This document shows positions 25,706 to 29,584 of a stretch of DNA of 29,584 bases, in pieces. Below the pieces are notes generated by a model. It was not told the origin of the DNA. It searched no databases and saw only the letters and a list, made by a program, of their open reading frames with translations. The translations under genes were made by a program, and so were the position numbers. Numbering within the stretch: position 1 is the stretch's first letter; each line of letters opens with the position of its first letter. This DNA is from a virus (lineage: Duplodnaviria; Caudoviricetes). The stretch spans positions 1 through 29,584 of the IMG/VR virus record IMGVR_UViG_3300046003_004709; one strand, 5' to 3'.

Positions 25706-26518
25706 CTAATATTTTAAAATTGGCTTTGGATATTCATCCATTAGCGGATTAAATTTTAATATTTTTGGTTCTTCTCCTTTTATAAAATAGTTCCAAGTTT
25801 TTATTATCAAAGCAATTTTTAAAGAGGGAGGCATTTTTCGCAAAGATGTTTTATCTTGAATCAATTTGTTTCGCAATAAATTAACAGATGAATTTGTAAT
25901 GTCTGATCCTGTAGCCAATTGCTGAAAAAAAGAAAATGCTATTTCAGAATCTAATTCAGAAAATAAAGCATAGAATCCACCAAAATAAGAAGGCTGCAAA
26001 ATCTTAGCAAAGTTTATATACCAATTTTTGGAATGATTGCCAATTCTTTGCCATTTTTGAGGGTCTTGGTAATACTGTTCCAAAAGTTCGGCATTTGTGC
26101 TTCTACCATTAACTTGAGTTTTTGATCCACTACTACTTTGCAAATAATTATAATGTGCAATCATTGATGGTATTATAGCGTCATTTTTAATTCCAGCCGC
26201 CTTAAAAGTATCACTTGAATTTCTTGAAGAACCAGTATCTAAAACTGAAAAAACCGATTCGTCAAGATTAAAGGCAATGTGAAACTTTATACTGCACCCC
26301 GAATGAACTATTGCCATTAATCTTTGCTGACCATCTAAAACCCTTCCACTAGATGCTATCTTTATAGTTTCCGCAGTTTCGGACCTCCAGCGACCTGCTT
26401 TCATTTCATTTGAGTATAATAATACTCTTGGAGTTTTTGGCCTTCTATTGGCTATATTTTGTGCCAAATAATGTTTTGCCATTTCTGGAGAAACTAGCAT
26501 TTCAATAAATTCTATCAT
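25706..26518 (-). CDS. ParB/Srx-superfamily (DGQHR-like) domain protein
   Basis: VSPEMAKHYL..N..NR, M..GRW, GRVLDGQQRLMAIV and LDTG..R...D motifs. Confidence 0.7.
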   Translation of the reverse strand: MIEFIEMLVSPEMAKHYLAQNIANRRPKTPRVLLYSNEMKAGRWRSETAETIKIASSGRVLDGQQRLMAIVHSGCSIKFHIAFNLDESVFSVLDTGSSRNSSDTFKAAGIKNDAIIPSMIAHYNYLQSSSGSKTQVNGRSTNAELLEQYYQDPQKWQRIGNHSKNWYINFAKILQPSYFGGFYALFSELDSEIAFSFFQQLATGSDITNSSVNLLRNKLIQDKTSLRKMPPSLKIALIIKTWNYFIKGEEPKILKFNPLMDEYPKPILKY

Positions 26519-26581
26519 TTTGTTTTTTGTTATTTGTTTTAAAAACTTGCAACAAAGGAAAGCTATTAATTTGAATAAAAC

Positions 26582-26613
26582 AAAAAAGCCAGAAAATTAA
26601 TCCTGGCTTTTTT
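26582..26613 (-). terminator. Intrinsic terminator after the tape measure gene (symmetrical)
   Basis: AAAAAAGCCAG...CTGGCTTTTTT. Confidence 0.85.
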
Positions 26614-26676
26614 GCAACAAATTTAAACAAAATGAAAAAACACAAATTGGCTTTTTAAAGCTGTGCAAAGATGCAA

Positions 26677-29334
26677 CTAATTTTTGAACCTGTTATTTAA
26701 AATTGTAGTTGATCGGTTTGGCGTTCTTACCTTTTTCATAAATCCTTTTTCATCCAAGGAAATTGCAGCGACTGGCAAGGATCTTAATTCTCTTTTAATT
26801 TCTCCCAATTCAGTAACTATCTGCATTCCGCTTGTATCTTTTTTACTGGAATTATTGAAATATTGGCTACTTAGATACTTGTCGTTTAATCCTAGCAAGT
26901 GATTTGGAGTAATATGTACTGGTTCATCAAATTGAGCCAGTGTAGCTGTCGGAGGTGTGTAATATTGCTTTCCTGAAAGGGTCGTTACTAATTCAGTTCC
27001 CTTTTCACCAACTATCGCTTTTCCTTTGAATGCTTTTCCTTTCGTTCCTTCAGCGAATTCCGGAACTGGTTGGGCTAAAATGAAACCGATTTGAGCAGTA
27101 GCAGCTGCAGCTGCAATTATTGCCAAAGGTGCTGTTACAACTTTAGCCAGATATTGTGCAATTATTGGAGCCGTGTTAAATATTACATTTGCAATAGCTT
27201 GAGCCTGATTAGCCCTAAATTCCTTTTCCCTATATTCCTTTTCAGCAGCCCTTCTTCTTTCTTCAATTTCGGTAAGTTTTTGTACGTTACCATCGGCAAG
27301 TCTTACCTCTTCGTCAAATTGCTTTTGCTTTCTTGCGAAATCATTTGCAGCGTATTGCGATTGAAGGTTGAATAAATTGTTTGTTGTCTGGGCTGCAAGG
27401 TCAATTGATGCTTGGGTTATTGCAGCCTTTTCAGCATCTTTTTTCTTTTGGTCATCTAGGTCTTTCTTTCGCAGCAACTTTAATTTGCGGTATAGTTCTG
27501 CATTATCCGCTAAAATCTTATCATTTGCATCTAATGCCGATTTAACGCCTGCATTTGCAGCTTCTTCGTTAGCTTTTATTATGTCTTCATTGGCAGCTAT
27601 TTCATTTAAAATTAGCTTTTCATTTTTTACTGATTCTGAAGATATTTCATTGTTTATATCAATTTCGTTAAGAAACTTATTCCTTTCAATTGCTTTTAGC
27701 TTTTCGCTATAAACAACTTTTTGTGATTCTTCCTCAAACTTTCCTCTTGCAATAAGACTTTTCTTTCCTGCTTTAAATTGTTCTTCATCATACTTTTCCT
27801 CAGCATCTCTAAATCCATCACGTTGTTTTTTAAGTTCAACCTTTACATCATTGCCTTGCTTCTTAACAATAGCAGTTTGAAGTTTCGCATTATCTTGAGC
27901 TGCAACAACTCCAAGGGCTGCATATTTTTTATCAATTACTAGCTTTTGTTTTCCAAAGTTTTCTGCATTTTCAAGTAGTTTTAAAGTTCTTTCATCCTCT
28001 CTTTCGGTGGTAACTTCAATGTTGATATCTGAAATTCTTTTTTCTATATCTAAGAGTTTAAGTTTTGCATCGTATTGCTCTTTTAATGCTTTTAGTTGAA
28101 CTTCTGATAAATCTACTATTTCTTCTTTTATTTTTTTTTCTTCTTGAAACCTTGTAAGGTTTACCATTAGCCCATCTCTAAACTTTTTTTCAAGTTCATA
28201 TTTACGAGTTGTCTTGTCAAGTTCGACCTGTTCCAAAGCAGACATTTTACCATCCAAACTGAATAATATTGACTGTAAATCAAACTCTCTTTGTAATCCT
28301 CTTAATTTTGCATTCTGGTTTACAATGGCGATTTTTAAGGCTTCCTCACTTGCTTTTTTACCCGCTTGCGCCCCTTTTTCAAATGATGCACCCAAAGGAT
28401 CATAAAGTCTTTTTAATTGATTGGCAATTCCTGCAGCTAATTCATAGGAACCTCTAAGAAATGGTTCCAATCTGGTTCCTATGGCTAAAACCAACCCATC
28501 AATAGAAGAATTAAACCTATTTTGAGCATTTACAAGGCCATTCAAATTCTTTTCAGCATCTTTTCCAAAGGTCTTTTCCAATTCAGCTGCAAACTTTGGC
28601 AAAGCATCTTTTGACAATACCTGACCTTGTTCCAGCATCTTATTCAATTGCCTTTCATTCACATTTAAGGCTTTTGCCATTATTGAAAATGCACCGGGAA
28701 TTCTTTCGCCTAATTGCCCCCTTAGTTCTTCAGCTTGAACCGTACCCTTTGACATCATTTGGCCCAATGCCAGAAAAGCACCTTGCATTTGGTCAGTTGT
28801 CAATTTTAGAACCGTTCCTGCCTTTGTAACCGCTTCAAATTGCCTATTGGTTTCGGCCTGACTTTGCCCTGCCAATGTACTGGCATTGAAAAAGGATTTG
28901 TAAGCCTCAGTAGTTGAAGCAAGCCCTAATCCATACTTTTGAATAAGATCGTTTAGGAATTGTTGATTCTTTGCGAAGTTTTCAGCACTTCCGGACCCAA
29001 ATTGAATCGCTTTGGAATAGCCTTCAAATTTAATTGTGGTTTCAACTAACCGATCTTTAAAAGCAACCAAAGAAGAAACCGCAAAGAACCCAGCCAACAA
29101 GCCAGCCCCTGACTTTGCCAGACTGGTAATATTGTTCATTTCATTGCCTACCTTTTTGGCAGATTCTGAACCTTCCTGACCTGTCTTTTTTAATTGATCG
29201 TTTAGCTTTCTGGTTTCATCAACCGCTTTCTTTTCAGAATCGGTTAGTTTGTCAAACCCTGTTTTTGCTTTATTTACCTGGTCATCATTGAGTACATAAT
29301 TGACTACAATGTTATTTTGCGATAGAGTGCTCAA
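26677..29334 (-). CDS. Tail tape measure protein
   Basis: ALGQMMSKGTVQAEELRGQLGERIPGAF tape-measure motif, long coiled coil, Ala-rich segment, C-terminal FAEGT...VGEKGTELV; TTG start. Confidence 0.92.
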   Translation of the reverse strand: MSTLSQNNIVVNYVLNDDQVNKAKTGFDKLTDSEKKAVDETRKLNDQLKKTGQEGSESAKKVGNEMNNITSLAKSGAGLLAGFFAVSSLVAFKDRLVETTIKFEGYSKAIQFGSGSAENFAKNQQFLNDLIQKYGLGLASTTEAYKSFFNASTLAGQSQAETNRQFEAVTKAGTVLKLTTDQMQGAFLALGQMMSKGTVQAEELRGQLGERIPGAFSIMAKALNVNERQLNKMLEQGQVLSKDALPKFAAELEKTFGKDAEKNLNGLVNAQNRFNSSIDGLVLAIGTRLEPFLRGSYELAAGIANQLKRLYDPLGASFEKGAQAGKKASEEALKIAIVNQNAKLRGLQREFDLQSILFSLDGKMSALEQVELDKTTRKYELEKKFRDGLMVNLTRFQEEKKIKEEIVDLSEVQLKALKEQYDAKLKLLDIEKRISDINIEVTTEREDERTLKLLENAENFGKQKLVIDKKYAALGVVAAQDNAKLQTAIVKKQGNDVKVELKKQRDGFRDAEEKYDEEQFKAGKKSLIARGKFEEESQKVVYSEKLKAIERNKFLNEIDINNEISSESVKNEKLILNEIAANEDIIKANEEAANAGVKSALDANDKILADNAELYRKLKLLRKKDLDDQKKKDAEKAAITQASIDLAAQTTNNLFNLQSQYAANDFARKQKQFDEEVRLADGNVQKLTEIEERRRAAEKEYREKEFRANQAQAIANVIFNTAPIIAQYLAKVVTAPLAIIAAAAATAQIGFILAQPVPEFAEGTKGKAFKGKAIVGEKGTELVTTLSGKQYYTPPTATLAQFDEPVHITPNHLLGLNDKYLSSQYFNNSSKKDTSGMQIVTELGEIKRELRSLPVAAISLDEKGFMKKVRTPNRSTTILNNRFKN

Positions 29335-29582
29335 TTTGCATTTTTATTCTTCTTTTTGAGTGCCGCTATCCAAAAGGAGTATTTCAGATAGTATTCGTAA
29401 TAGGAACATCTGACCAAGCTTTCAAAGTCTGTTCCAATTCCTTGTGCAAATCTAATTCTTTCTGTAAATCCTGACTTATATTTTCCGAGTTCATCAAGGT
29501 AGAATGATACTCCATGTTTTTTAGGTTCAACACGCTTATTGCCTTCAAAGAATTCATCAAATTCTCTTGTAATTCTGTTGAG
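29331..29582 (-). CDS. -1 frame extension of the tail assembly chaperone (gpT-like), partial
   Basis: 83 codons with no stop and no ATG (LNRITREFDEFF...SYYEYYLKYSFWIAALKKKNKNAN*); stop overlaps the tape measure TTG. Confidence 0.6.
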   Translation of the reverse strand, partial: LNRITREFDEFFEGNKRVEPKKHGVSFYLDELGKYKSGFTERIRFAQGIGTDFESLVRCSYYEYYLKYSFWIAALKKKNKNAN

Positions 29583-29584
29583 CT
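29384..29584 (-). CDS. C-terminus of probable tail assembly chaperone (gpG-like), partial
   Basis: Open from the window edge (SSTELQENLMNSLKAISV...VPITNTI*), just upstream of the tape measure. Confidence 0.6.
   Translation of the reverse strand, partial: SSTELQENLMNSLKAISVLNLKNMEYHSTLMNSENISQDLQKELDLHKELEQTLKAWSDVPITNTI

Noticed and set aside
25706-26518. DGQQR protein as part of a Dnd phosphorothioation or ParABS system
   Set aside because: No dnd genes, ParA or evident parS array in the window.
26632-26658. Plus-strand mini-ORF MKKHKLAF with a good-looking start context
   Set aside because: Only 8 codons, directly behind a terminator with no plus-strand promoter; better explained as the antisense element on the minus strand.

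Overview
AT-rich fragment of a tailed dsDNA phage or prophage, most likely long-tailed and infecting Bacteroidota, judging by repeated TAnnTTTG -7 promoter boxes and A-rich starts without Shine-Dalgarno sites. Left part: collagen-like fibre gene and probable virion genes (+), an inverted Mom-like DNA-modification gene, a four-gene glycosyltransferase/methyltransferase cassette (-), and a replication module (initiator with internal iterons, DnaB) behind a structured RNA leader. Centre: VRR-NUC nuclease, a divergent control region and a RecT/YqaJ recombination pair. Right part: a long minus-strand morphogenesis region, transcribed as tail chaperone, tape measure, ParB-like insert, tail proteins, lipoprotein metalloprotease, tube-like protein, Zn-finger portal, GT25, scaffold, major capsid. 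Best hidden signal: a T7-gene-10-type -1 frameshift cassette (G_GTT_TTC, 5-nt spacer, long stem-loop) at the capsid 3' end. It would add an 'AFSDGFSDGFS' tail matching the C-terminal 'GFSEGFSDGFG' of a tail protein, suggesting a shared peptide docking tag on head and tail. No terminase, integrase, lysis gene, tRNA or CRISPR array was recognised. All calls come from motif recognition by eye; no searches were run.
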